A stretch of 64,000 nucleotides of DNA from Lachnospiraceae bacterium. Lineage in GTDB: Bacteria; Bacillota; Clostridia; Lachnospirales; Lachnospiraceae. Below are positions 17,428-25,693 of the stretch, piece by piece (the first letter of the stretch is position 1; the number at the start of each line of letters is the position of its first letter). Both the position numbers and the translations under genes were made by a program. Below the pieces are notes generated by a model. That model searched no databases, was not told where the DNA came from, and saw only the letters and a list, made by a program, of their open reading frames with translations. Location: the NCBI GenBank assembly GCA_015057435.1, contig SVEJ01000007.1:15084-79083 (forward strand), in the 5' to 3' direction.

Positions 17428-17749
17428 TCTGCCACCTCCTGATATCTTCTAAAATTGAATCTTCTCCTTTGCATATCTCATCTCTAATACAAAACTCGCC
17501 CCAATTTTTATCAATATATGTTCTTTCAACTTGCTTTGATTTGATTTTTTTTGTATCCCCATCTTTGCTGTCTTTTTCATTTTGTAAGCTATCGACATAT
17601 AAAGTTTCTACCAATATCTTCCTTGTATTTGCGCACTCTGTCAGGTACAAAAATAACATTATGTATAAATAGACAACGCCAAATATAATCGGAATCAACA
17701 GTGTTATTTCTACCACGGCCATCCCTTTATTCCTCTTCTTAGATCGCAT
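17390..17749 (-). CDS. TadE-like minor pilin/pseudopilin
   Basis: The N-terminus KGMAVVEITLLIPIIFGVVYLYIMLF fits the TadE/G-like hydrophobic N-terminal pattern. GGAGG lies 8 nt upstream. Confidence 0.5.
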   Translation of the reverse strand: MRSKKRNKGMAVVEITLLIPIIFGVVYLYIMLFLYLTECANTRKILVETLYVDSLQNEKDSKDGDTKKIKSKQVERTYIDKNWGEFCIRDEICKGEDSILEDIRRWQIVRNALRNGTGS

Positions 17750-17772
17750 ATTTTATTCCTCCAATATTTCTT

Positions 17773-18492
17773 TTATCTTCCGCAACGCGTACATGCACCA
17801 AGCCCTTCCACACTTTTTCGACTTACTCTTCTCACACTCCGTTTTAACCCTACACATCCCCTATCGTTGTGATACACGGTTCCATTTTTCGCAATATATA
17901 TATGTTCTTTCGTTCCTATTGTTTTACAATAATGACAGACTTGATAATTTCCTTTACGATGTACACTCACTACCGACACATCCAACAGCAGATGTGTACA
18001 ATCTCTTCTCATATGATACGCTTCTCTATTCGGTGTAACATATACATAGCTTTCCTGCTTAAGAGAGTCCTCTTCTGTAAACCCAACGAATGTCTTTTGT
18101 TTTATCTGATTCGACAGATTAATAGAATAGGTTCCCAGAAGAGGAAGGACAAGCTTTGCCTTATATTTTGCTGTTACTATTATTACATTTTTATTATTCC
18201 TATCCCTTTTTAAAAAAATAGAAATACCGTCACTCCCACCCTCTACGAAGTGTTCCACATAATAGTCATCCCTAAGATACGTATCGAATTGATTTTTTAC
18301 CGTAGGAGACAATACCATATTTCTCTTTAAATAATATTGTTTGGCTATATAATCGGTAGCTGCTGCCAAAGACTGATGAATGTGCGCTTCTGCTAACAAA
18401 ATCATATAGATACCTGACATCGCCAACATAAAAAATAGAAATAACGGAATAATGAAGCTTGCTTCTATTGTAATATACCCTCTGTTCTTCAT
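17773..18492 (-). CDS. TadE-like pseudopilin with duplicated C-terminal His/Cys3 (zinc-ribbon-like) module
   Basis: The start is set at ATG 18492 (MKNRGYITIEASFIIPLFLFFMLA) after AAAGGAG. The C-terminus holds two aligned 40-aa repeats: VYVTPNREAYHMRRDCTHL...CHYC and IYIAKNGTVYHNDRGCVGL...CTRC. Confidence 0.55.
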   Translation of the reverse strand: MKNRGYITIEASFIIPLFLFFMLAMSGIYMILLAEAHIHQSLAAATDYIAKQYYLKRNMVLSPTVKNQFDTYLRDDYYVEHFVEGGSDGISIFLKRDRNNKNVIIVTAKYKAKLVLPLLGTYSINLSNQIKQKTFVGFTEEDSLKQESYVYVTPNREAYHMRRDCTHLLLDVSVVSVHRKGNYQVCHYCKTIGTKEHIYIAKNGTVYHNDRGCVGLKRSVRRVSRKSVEGLGACTRCGR

Positions 18493-18623
18493 AGTCTCTC
18501 CTTTTTCAGACACATCCCTTTACAAACCCTTATATAAAATCTTGTTCATACCCTGAGCGCGAGAATTTATTTATATTATAGTAATATGGGATTTTATATA
18601 AGAGCTTATAAAGAAACATGTCT

Positions 18624-20114
18624 TTATTTTTCTGCATCTTTTTGAAAACGAATCTCCTTCTCAAAATAGTAATCATACACACCTACTCCTTTTTGAAATA
18701 GCGGATTAAATGATATCTTTCCTTGTAATTTGAAACGCCCAACACAATCACTGATGCGTAATGTCTTATACGTCCGGTTTAAGTTTAACTGTATAACGTC
18801 AAGCATTCTTGCATACCCTGCGTCAAGTGCATTTCCTGTTTTTGTTAATAATAAAAACGTAAGACAGTCTTCATACGAAAGTCCGTTATTGCTCTTTTCA
18901 ACAGTTTTAATCGGTGCTAAGGATTCGAGATCTGTATACCATGTTTGCGCTGTCTTTATATAAGGAATCTTTTCTCCTTCCAGCAAAACTTTCATTTCCT
19001 GTATGCTTTCACCATATGCCCAACAACCCAACAAAAGATACTTTATTACCTCAACAAACGGTTCTGTTCCTGTCACAATACTAATCGCTGTAGCAATTGT
19101 CAGTGCTTCAGCTTTTTTGCCTGTATCTGTTAACAGATACGCGTAATTCATTGGCATTCTCCACCACGTAAGCTCTTCTATTACTGCTTCCACATTTTCA
19201 TAATCGCTTTCTTCACCTTTTAAAATGTACTCCACTTCACATGCCATAACACAATCTTCTTTTTTATGTACTGTATTTGAAAAATGATTCATAACATAAC
19301 CTGCAAAATCAGCATTTCCCTTAATTAAATCTTCTATATTTTCAGAAGATGCATGCTTCATTATCTTCTTTAGATTATCAATGTCATCAAATCGGTTACT
19401 TCTTTCCTCTTCCTTTATTTTGCTATATCGTTTAGATGGCGCATGTTCTATTGTCACAACCTCTTTCGATATATCGTTCCCCGGCGCCACGAACTCAAGC
19501 ACTCCAAATTGCAACGCTTCTTTCAGTGTCTCCCTGGGATCTTTATATTCTTCCCTTATCGTTTCTTTTTCTTTCTCTGTAAGACCATTATCGCCTACTT
19601 CTTCCTGATTCTCTTTCACGACTGCTACAGTGTCTGTTTCTGTATAGGCATCTGTAATCCCCTCTTGATTATCCATACGGTTTTCAATCCATCGTTTGAA
19701 GAAATCCAAACCTCCTACAGATTCCATATATTCTTTCACTTGCTGTTTTAATAATTTCATGTCATCTGTCAGGATTGTTTCTTTATCTCCTAACGCTAAT
19801 TCCTCCACCTCGTACTGATAAATTGTGCTTCCTCTTTCCCCATTTAGCGATGTCTCGAGATAATCAATTGCCTTTTCCTCTAATATTCCATCGCTTCCGG
19901 TACCATATGTCGTATCCATAAACAGTAAATGATATCGTTCGAACAAAACCTCATTATAATCTGCCATAATACTAGATTGCATACTATGAACACAGGGTTC
20001 AATCTTTACTGCGGACATATGAATCCGCCCTACCTCGAGTGCAGTCAAGGTAAAAAGAAATAAAACACTTATAATCAGTGAAAAGTATATAGTTGTTTGT
20101 CCCTTGTTGTTCAT
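18624..20114 (-). CDS. Tad-locus protein with TadE/TadG-like N-terminal segment, large extracytoplasmic body
   Basis: The N-terminus is GQTTIYFSLIISVLFLFTLTALEVGR. It is 496 aa long. GAGGTG lies 5 nt upstream. It sits directly downstream of the pilin gene. Confidence 0.5.
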   Translation of the reverse strand: MNNKGQTTIYFSLIISVLFLFTLTALEVGRIHMSAVKIEPCVHSMQSSIMADYNEVLFERYHLLFMDTTYGTGSDGILEEKAIDYLETSLNGERGSTIYQYEVEELALGDKETILTDDMKLLKQQVKEYMESVGGLDFFKRWIENRMDNQEGITDAYTETDTVAVVKENQEEVGDNGLTEKEKETIREEYKDPRETLKEALQFGVLEFVAPGNDISKEVVTIEHAPSKRYSKIKEEERSNRFDDIDNLKKIMKHASSENIEDLIKGNADFAGYVMNHFSNTVHKKEDCVMACEVEYILKGEESDYENVEAVIEELTWWRMPMNYAYLLTDTGKKAEALTIATAISIVTGTEPFVEVIKYLLLGCWAYGESIQEMKVLLEGEKIPYIKTAQTWYTDLESLAPIKTVEKSNNGLSYEDCLTFLLLTKTGNALDAGYARMLDVIQLNLNRTYKTLRISDCVGRFKLQGKISFNPLFQKGVGVYDYYFEKEIRFQKDAEK

Positions 20115-20184
20115 AGTACACCTCTATTTGCTGATTTTTGTTGTGATCTGACTTTTATTATTACTTCTAAATTAACAATGCCGA

Positions 20185-20367
20185 CTAATATATTTTTTTT
20201 GCACTCTGGTTAATTGACTTCCAAATTTTATCAACCAAATCTGTAATCTGTTCCTGAAAAACAATGACAATTGCAATCAATACCACAATAATCAGAATGA
20301 CTTCTACAACACCCATTCCGGATTCATCCTTCAGAAACTCTAACCAGGTCCTTTTTAACACATTCAT
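20185..20367 (-). CDS. flp: Flp-family type IVb pilin
   Basis: The start is set at ATG 20367 after GGAGGTGA. The 60-aa product MNVLKRTWLEFLKDESGMG|VVEVILIIVVLIAIVIVF has the Gly-then-hydrophobic-with-Glu processing-site pattern of Firmicutes Flp pilins. Confidence 0.65.
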   Translation of the reverse strand: MNVLKRTWLEFLKDESGMGVVEVILIIVVLIAIVIVFQEQITDLVDKIWKSINQSAKKIY

Positions 20368-20425
20368 ATGCCTCACCTCCTCTAAAGAACGTAGTAGTTT
20401 TTTATGTCCCTCTCCAAGGACAAGA

Positions 20426-21664
20426 TTACACAAAACTCCATAATGCAGGAATCATAATCATCAACATAACAACAAGCAGTAGAATAATCATAGGACCCAG
20501 AAGCTTTGTACTTGCTTCTTCACCATATCTCTTCGCTAGATTTTTTCGTTCCTCCAAAGCTTGTATTTCTTCTTGTTCAAATGCTTCCAACATTCCTTTC
20601 CCTCCGTGTTTCACACTTTGCTCTAACATGCTCATTAGCTTAATGTATCTTGTCAATCCGATTCGTCTTCCCAGGTTGTAATAGACTTTCTCTTGAGACA
20701 TGCCCATATGCAATGCATGAACTGCACCCTTTATCTCACAAACTAACGCTTCTCTATAATCTTCCTCCGAGTTTTGCAGCTCATATTCTTTTATTATTGT
20801 TTCAAATATATTTCTTGGTTGCATACCTGCTCCCATCAATAGAACCAGTTCATTCAAAAACCAAGGATAACTACGTATCAGCTGTTCTTGTCTCGTTTCC
20901 TTCTTTTTCTTTTCATTTTCTCTATCTCGATATACTAATAATGCAACTAAAATAATTCCAAACAAGAATACATGTAGCGGAGTAATAGGTTTCTCGTCTG
21001 TCCTTTTAATACGTACATCATCTACAACCACCGGAAGAAAAAATCCATCCAAATAACGTGACTCATTCTCCACCTTTTGTAAGGCTTCTTCAACCCTTAA
21101 AAATACTTCATCCTGCGCAGACTTCTCTTTTTCGTATACTACAATCGCTATTTCTTTTTCAAATTTTTCCTCTCCATACCACAAAGTTATTCCAATTGTC
21201 GCCGGAATCCCCTTTTCTATTTCTTCTTTTGTATATCCAATATCTAAGAGTTCCTTCCTCGTATTACATACCATTCCTTCTCTGTCAACAAGTTCCGAAT
21301 TGTCACAGACACATTCTAATTCAAACGGATACTTTTCATAATCCAATCTAAAATCAAGAGGTTTCCGAACTTCTTCTAAAGAAACATTTTCGCCTTTCAT
21401 ATGTGTACTCAGAAAACGAAACGCTTCCTCTATCCGTAATTTCAATTCATCCTCTGACAACTTTTGCTCTCTTACAAGCAGTTCTATTTCTCTTTTCTCT
21501 CCTTCCCTTTCCAAAAGAAGAGGTATTTTCTCCTCCGTTTCACCATATCCATTCTTTTCAATATATATGGTGTCTTTTTTGGGTGATAAACTCATGACCA
21601 CACAGATAACCATCGTTACCACTAAGACCGCAATAATATGTAGATTATTTTTCCATTTTTTCAT
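20426..21664 (-). CDS. tadC: TadC-like type II secretion system F-family membrane protein with ~250-aa N-terminal extracytoplasmic extension
   Basis: ATG 21664 overlaps the upstream stop (ATGA). The C-terminal third (YPWFLNELVLLMGAGMQPRNIFE ... LLGPMIILLLVVMLMIMIP) is T2SSF-like. Confidence 0.65.
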   Translation of the reverse strand: MKKWKNNLHIIAVLVVTMVICVVMSLSPKKDTIYIEKNGYGETEEKIPLLLEREGEKREIELLVREQKLSEDELKLRIEEAFRFLSTHMKGENVSLEEVRKPLDFRLDYEKYPFELECVCDNSELVDREGMVCNTRKELLDIGYTKEEIEKGIPATIGITLWYGEEKFEKEIAIVVYEKEKSAQDEVFLRVEEALQKVENESRYLDGFFLPVVVDDVRIKRTDEKPITPLHVFLFGIILVALLVYRDRENEKKKKETRQEQLIRSYPWFLNELVLLMGAGMQPRNIFETIIKEYELQNSEEDYREALVCEIKGAVHALHMGMSQEKVYYNLGRRIGLTRYIKLMSMLEQSVKHGGKGMLEAFEQEEIQALEERKNLAKRYGEEASTKLLGPMIILLLVVMLMIMIPALWSFV

Positions 21665-22425
21665 ACCTGTATCTCCATTATTTTTCTCGCCCACCAGTCT
21701 GCAAACTGTATTACAAAAAAGAAAACAAGCATAATACATACACCTACAATATTTCCATACAAGACATCAAAAAATCCCTCATTCGTGAAACGAAGATAGA
21801 AAATAATTCCATATGGCATAATCATCATGATTTTTTGTTCTAGCTTTTTTGCTGCAATAAGTGTCTGAATTTCTTCTTCCACTGTCATCCTTTCTGTAAT
21901 ACGTTGAACTGTTTTCTGTATTATATGAATCAGATTTCCGCCGCTTTTTTTCGCAACAACTACTACATTGGCAAAATCTTCAATATCCTGTATCCCGGTT
22001 CGTATTGCAAACTTTTTGAGCAAACGTTCTATTGGGACATTCATGCTCAAACCGGATTTTATGTTGTGTAACTCATAAAATATCGATTCTTCTTTTGTAT
22101 AAACTAATCTTAAATCTTTCTCCGCTTCAACAAATGCACTTTCTAATGAATACCCCGCTCCCAACGCATTTGAAACAATTTCTATCAAGGACTGAAACTG
22201 TATCGTCAATTGCTTCTTTTGCCACGCTATCTTTTCCCTCTTAAAGGATGCGTATTCCATGACACCTAATGGAACAATCATGATCATTGCTTTATAAGAG
22301 TTAAAAAACAAAAATGCTACCAGTATGGTTTTTCCTACAACTTTACCTACATATTCTAAAGCATCCCTTATACAGAACTGATACACATTGTAATTTCTTT
22401 CTTTTAAGCAAGGCTCTCTTTCCAA
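21661..22425 (-). CDS. tadB: TadB-like type II secretion system F-family membrane protein
   Basis: The pattern SLIEIVSNALGAGYSLESAF ... KKLEQKIMMIMPYGIIFYL is T2SSF-like. The TTG start in the track is uncertain. Confidence 0.65.
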   Translation of the reverse strand: MEREPCLKERNYNVYQFCIRDALEYVGKVVGKTILVAFLFFNSYKAMIMIVPLGVMEYASFKREKIAWQKKQLTIQFQSLIEIVSNALGAGYSLESAFVEAEKDLRLVYTKEESIFYELHNIKSGLSMNVPIERLLKKFAIRTGIQDIEDFANVVVVAKKSGGNLIHIIQKTVQRITERMTVEEEIQTLIAAKKLEQKIMMIMPYGIIFYLRFTNEGFFDVLYGNIVGVCIMLVFFFVIQFADWWARKIMEIQV

Positions 22426-23636
22426 CCACTTTGATATAGTTTTTCCTTGTTCACCAAATCTCCTATTCGCTCTAATATTCCCTCAACCTTTCCTTCTGTT
22501 TCTCCGGTTTCTCTAAATCGGAACAACGGATGCGTTACAATCTCACCATCCTCTATTCCAATCACTTCACAAATTTCCAAAATCTTTCTACTTCCATCTC
22601 GCAACCTTCCAATATGAACCATGATATCTATTGCAGCTGCAATCTGTTGTCTAATCGCCAAAACCGGCATTTCATAGGCCATCATGACCATAGTCTGTAA
22701 ACGCAACAACATTTCTTTTGCCGAATTTCCATGTCCGGTACTTAGGCTCCCATCATGTCCGGTTAACATGCTATTAATCATATCCATCGCTGCACCGTCC
22801 CTTACTTCCCCGACAATAATTCTATCCGGTCGCATTCTAAGCGCCGTCTTAATCAGTACAGACATTGTAATTGCATTCTCCCCCTCCACATTTGCATTTC
22901 GTGTTTCAAGTCTTACAATATTGGGTATTCCCTGTATCTGCAATTCAGCAGAATCTTCTATCGTGATAACTCGTTCATTCGCCGGAATAAAATTACTTAA
23001 TACATTTAATAGAGAGGTTTTTCCCGCACCTGTCCCCCCACTCACAAATATGTTATACTTTGCGAAAACCAGACTCTCTAAAAAATGAGCCGCTTCTTCC
23101 GTTATCGTATGCAATGCAATTAACTTATCAATTGTAAAAAAGTCTTTAGAAAATTTACGAATTGTCATAACTGCTCCGTCAAGAGCAACAGGTGGTAACA
23201 CAACGTTAATTCTTGACCCATCTGATAATCTGGCATCCACAATCGGAACTGTCTCATTTACAATTCGATTACAACTTCCTACAATCTGTTGAATGACGTT
23301 ATGCAATCGTTCTTCGCTTCGAAAAAATTCTGATGCCTCATGTAAGACACCTCTTTTTTCAATAAATATATGATTATATCCATTTATCATAATTTCTGTA
23401 ATTTCCTCGTCTTCTAATAAAGAGGACAGAATGTCAAGTTTGCGAAATGTATTGTAAAGATCTTGCTTTAATTCCTGTTTTTCACAAAGCGTAAGATAAT
23501 GTTTACTTGAAGCTTCCAATACATGATTTTCAATCATTTTCTCAATCTCTTCATCACTTAAATTAGCGTTTTCATAAAAGATATCCATAAGTATAGATTC
23601 CAGACGATTTTTTTCTTCTCGAACATGTTTCATCAT
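22404..23636 (-). CDS. cpaF: CpaF/TadA-family pilus assembly ATPase
   Basis: Walker A GGTGAGKTSLLN is present, together with Asp/His boxes (RIIVGEVRDGAA, TGHDGSLSTGHGNS) typical of VirB11/CpaF ATPases. Confidence 0.9.
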   Translation of the reverse strand: MMKHVREEKNRLESILMDIFYENANLSDEEIEKMIENHVLEASSKHYLTLCEKQELKQDLYNTFRKLDILSSLLEDEEITEIMINGYNHIFIEKRGVLHEASEFFRSEERLHNVIQQIVGSCNRIVNETVPIVDARLSDGSRINVVLPPVALDGAVMTIRKFSKDFFTIDKLIALHTITEEAAHFLESLVFAKYNIFVSGGTGAGKTSLLNVLSNFIPANERVITIEDSAELQIQGIPNIVRLETRNANVEGENAITMSVLIKTALRMRPDRIIVGEVRDGAAMDMINSMLTGHDGSLSTGHGNSAKEMLLRLQTMVMMAYEMPVLAIRQQIAAAIDIMVHIGRLRDGSRKILEICEVIGIEDGEIVTHPLFRFRETGETEGKVEGILERIGDLVNKEKLYQSGWKESLA

Positions 23637-24556
23637 TTTTCCATCCCCCCAAAAATCACCTCTTTTGCTTGCTCTACTTCCTTCGACTTATCCATGCAAA
23701 CAAAATAACAACGTCTGAGTACTCCTTCCATTGCATGTTGCTTTAGCATTCTCTCAAATCGATGTTTTTTTTGCAGTGCAGATTCTTTACTGACAAACGG
23801 AACAACAATCTTGTCAAACACATTAAAAATATTCGGATTATTTACTACACCACTTCCTAAGTCAAAAATGATACCTTTGTATTGTTCTTTCAACACCTCT
23901 CCTTTTAACCATCTATAATCTTCTTCATTCAAATGCTTTCTGTCAAAAAGGGAGGTGCCTGTTCCTAATACTCCTTCTAACTCTTTTACTACTTCAAGAA
24001 AAGCATCTCCCTTTCTTTCTTTCCAAAAATAGATTGCTTCATCAGGTTCTTTATCATCTTCTGTTTGTCCAAAGGATGCATAATCTTCTAATCCAATATA
24101 CATCCATCTTCCGTAATAATTGTTTTTTGCAATATCAAGTGCCAACGCAGTTTTTCCACATCTTCCAACCGGCGAATAGATTGCAACGCATATTACATCC
24201 TTCACCTGCTCTTGAATCTTTTGCTGAATAATCGACTCTGCAATCTTCCCTATCCCCATTGCTTTTTGGAAACGTTTTGTCATATATATCCCATCTTCTG
24301 TTTTTTCAGAACCGGAAAATGCTTCATCTAATAACAACCCACTAATTGCGCCTTCTTCACACACTGCTTTAAGATCCGCTTGATTTGTTCCAATCACCAA
24401 ATCCATTGTATGTTCTATAAGGTGTTTTTTAAGATTATCTAATCGTGTAAATCCAAATATATCCCATTTTCCTTTACCGTATTTTTGCAAATATGCAGAT
24501 AGTGCCGACACATATTCCTCCTCAAAATCAATAACACCAATATTAATCTTATTCAT
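23633..24556 (-). CDS. TadZ/CpaE-like protein (receiver-like N-domain + deviant ParA/MinD-like ATPase domain)
   Basis: It lies upstream of cpaF. The P-loop-like segment is IYSPVGRCGKTALALDIA. GAGAGGTG lies upstream of the ATG. Confidence 0.55.
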   Translation of the reverse strand: MNKINIGVIDFEEEYVSALSAYLQKYGKGKWDIFGFTRLDNLKKHLIEHTMDLVIGTNQADLKAVCEEGAISGLLLDEAFSGSEKTEDGIYMTKRFQKAMGIGKIAESIIQQKIQEQVKDVICVAIYSPVGRCGKTALALDIAKNNYYGRWMYIGLEDYASFGQTEDDKEPDEAIYFWKERKGDAFLEVVKELEGVLGTGTSLFDRKHLNEEDYRWLKGEVLKEQYKGIIFDLGSGVVNNPNIFNVFDKIVVPFVSKESALQKKHRFERMLKQHAMEGVLRRCYFVCMDKSKEVEQAKEVIFGGMEK

Positions 24557-24566
24557 CTTCCACCTC

Positions 24567-25016
24567 TCATCCCATACATTCTTGCAATAGGACCCCTACT
24601 GTAGCCAATCCGACAGGAACAGAAAAGGGAACTGTTTCACCTTTTTTGTATATTATTTCATGAGAAATTGCTCTCTTAATCATTCCTGCAAAACCATATA
24701 TTGCTGTAAGAATCATCCCTCCTAATAAAACACTCCATATCCTTTCCTGTAAAAGAATTGCTAACACACTAATCATCTTTACATCACCGGCACCAATCCC
24801 CTTTATCAGATAAAAGAAAAACAAAACAAGGAAGGTAATTCCACACATTTTTACTCCCAGAAGCAATCCTTCTATTCCATTTTCCAATCCTGCAACTCCC
24901 AAGAACACGACAGACGATACTATGATTACTTTGTTTTCTATTACGCCGCTTTTTACATCTGTAATCATCACCCTTGTCAAAAATAAGAAAACGAATATCC
25001 ATCCGGTCCACTCCAT
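24567..25016 (-). CDS. A24-family prepilin peptidase (TadV/CpaA-like)
   Basis: The 149-aa polytopic membrane protein has MITDVKSG (first Asp) and GIGAGDVKM (second Asp) motifs. It is the first gene of the Tad operon. AAAGGAGAG lies upstream. Confidence 0.7.
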   Translation of the reverse strand: MEWTGWIFVFLFLTRVMITDVKSGVIENKVIIVSSVVFLGVAGLENGIEGLLLGVKMCGITFLVLFFFYLIKGIGAGDVKMISVLAILLQERIWSVLLGGMILTAIYGFAGMIKRAISHEIIYKKGETVPFSVPVGLATVGVLLQECMG

Positions 25017-25134
25017 TTTTATTCTCTCCTTTCGGATTCCGTATCACTTCACGCTAAGACGAAACCTTCTTTCTTCGCCAATCATATAGCAGCATGTTCT
25101 CCCCGTCTATAATTGTGAACGAATCCGCAAAATA

Positions 25135-25201
25135 AACATAAAAAGTTCAAAAAGTGCCCTTTTTTATTAAAATTTAATAGGCTCTTTTTGAACTTTATGT
25201 T
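25135..25201. promoter_or_regulatory. ~67-bp imperfect palindrome in the divergent Tad / DUF2508 intergenic region
   Basis: The arms are AACATAAAAAGTTCAAAAAGtGCC and GGCtCTTTTTGAACTTTATGTT (2-nt bulge, 1 mismatch). They surround an AT palindrome, TATTAAAATTTAATA. Confidence 0.3.
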
Positions 25202-25417
25202 CATAATTATTAACTTTTTTTAAAACTTTTGAAAAAAAGCGCGAAAATTATGAAAAGATTTTAAGAATTGAAGGATTTATATGAATCAAATCATATAATG
25301 AATTATGCAAACAAAATCTTCCCGGATATGAATATTTTTACAATCCTTGTCTATAATGAGAATAAGAGTATTTTTACTTATTATGAGCGACACATATTAA
25401 AGAAAGGAGCATTTGCC

Positions 25418-25618
25418 ATGTTAGCAAAAGAACCGCCAACCTCCTTCTTAATGGAGGACATACACAAGACGAAGCGTGATATCGAAACGATATTATTACA
25501 CCTTGATTATGAAACCAATCACGATCTGATTGACAGTTATACGTATCAGCTAAAGGGGGCATACATGCGCTATAAGTTTTTACTTAGACAGATTCAACAG
25601 GAACAAAATGCATCCTAA
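25418..25618 (+). CDS. DUF2508 (YaaL-like) small protein
   Basis: The start is set at ATG 25418 after AAAGGAG. DIHKTKRDIETILLHLDYETNHDLIDSYTYQLKGAYMRYKFLLRQ matches my memory of the YaaL family, which is recR-neighbourhood associated in Bacilli. Confidence 0.55.
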   Translation: MLAKEPPTSFLMEDIHKTKRDIETILLHLDYETNHDLIDSYTYQLKGAYMRYKFLLRQIQQEQNAS

Positions 25619-25653
25619 CAAAAATTAATGACACAACACGAATTTTTCCACAT

Positions 25654-25687
25654 CAAAAAAGACCGCTTTATTTCGCGGTCTTTTTTG
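25654..25687. terminator. bidirectional rho-independent terminator
   Basis: AAAAAAA-GACCGC-tttatttc-GCGGTC-TTTTTT lies between convergent genes. Confidence 0.75.
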
Positions 25688-25693
25688 TCGTCA

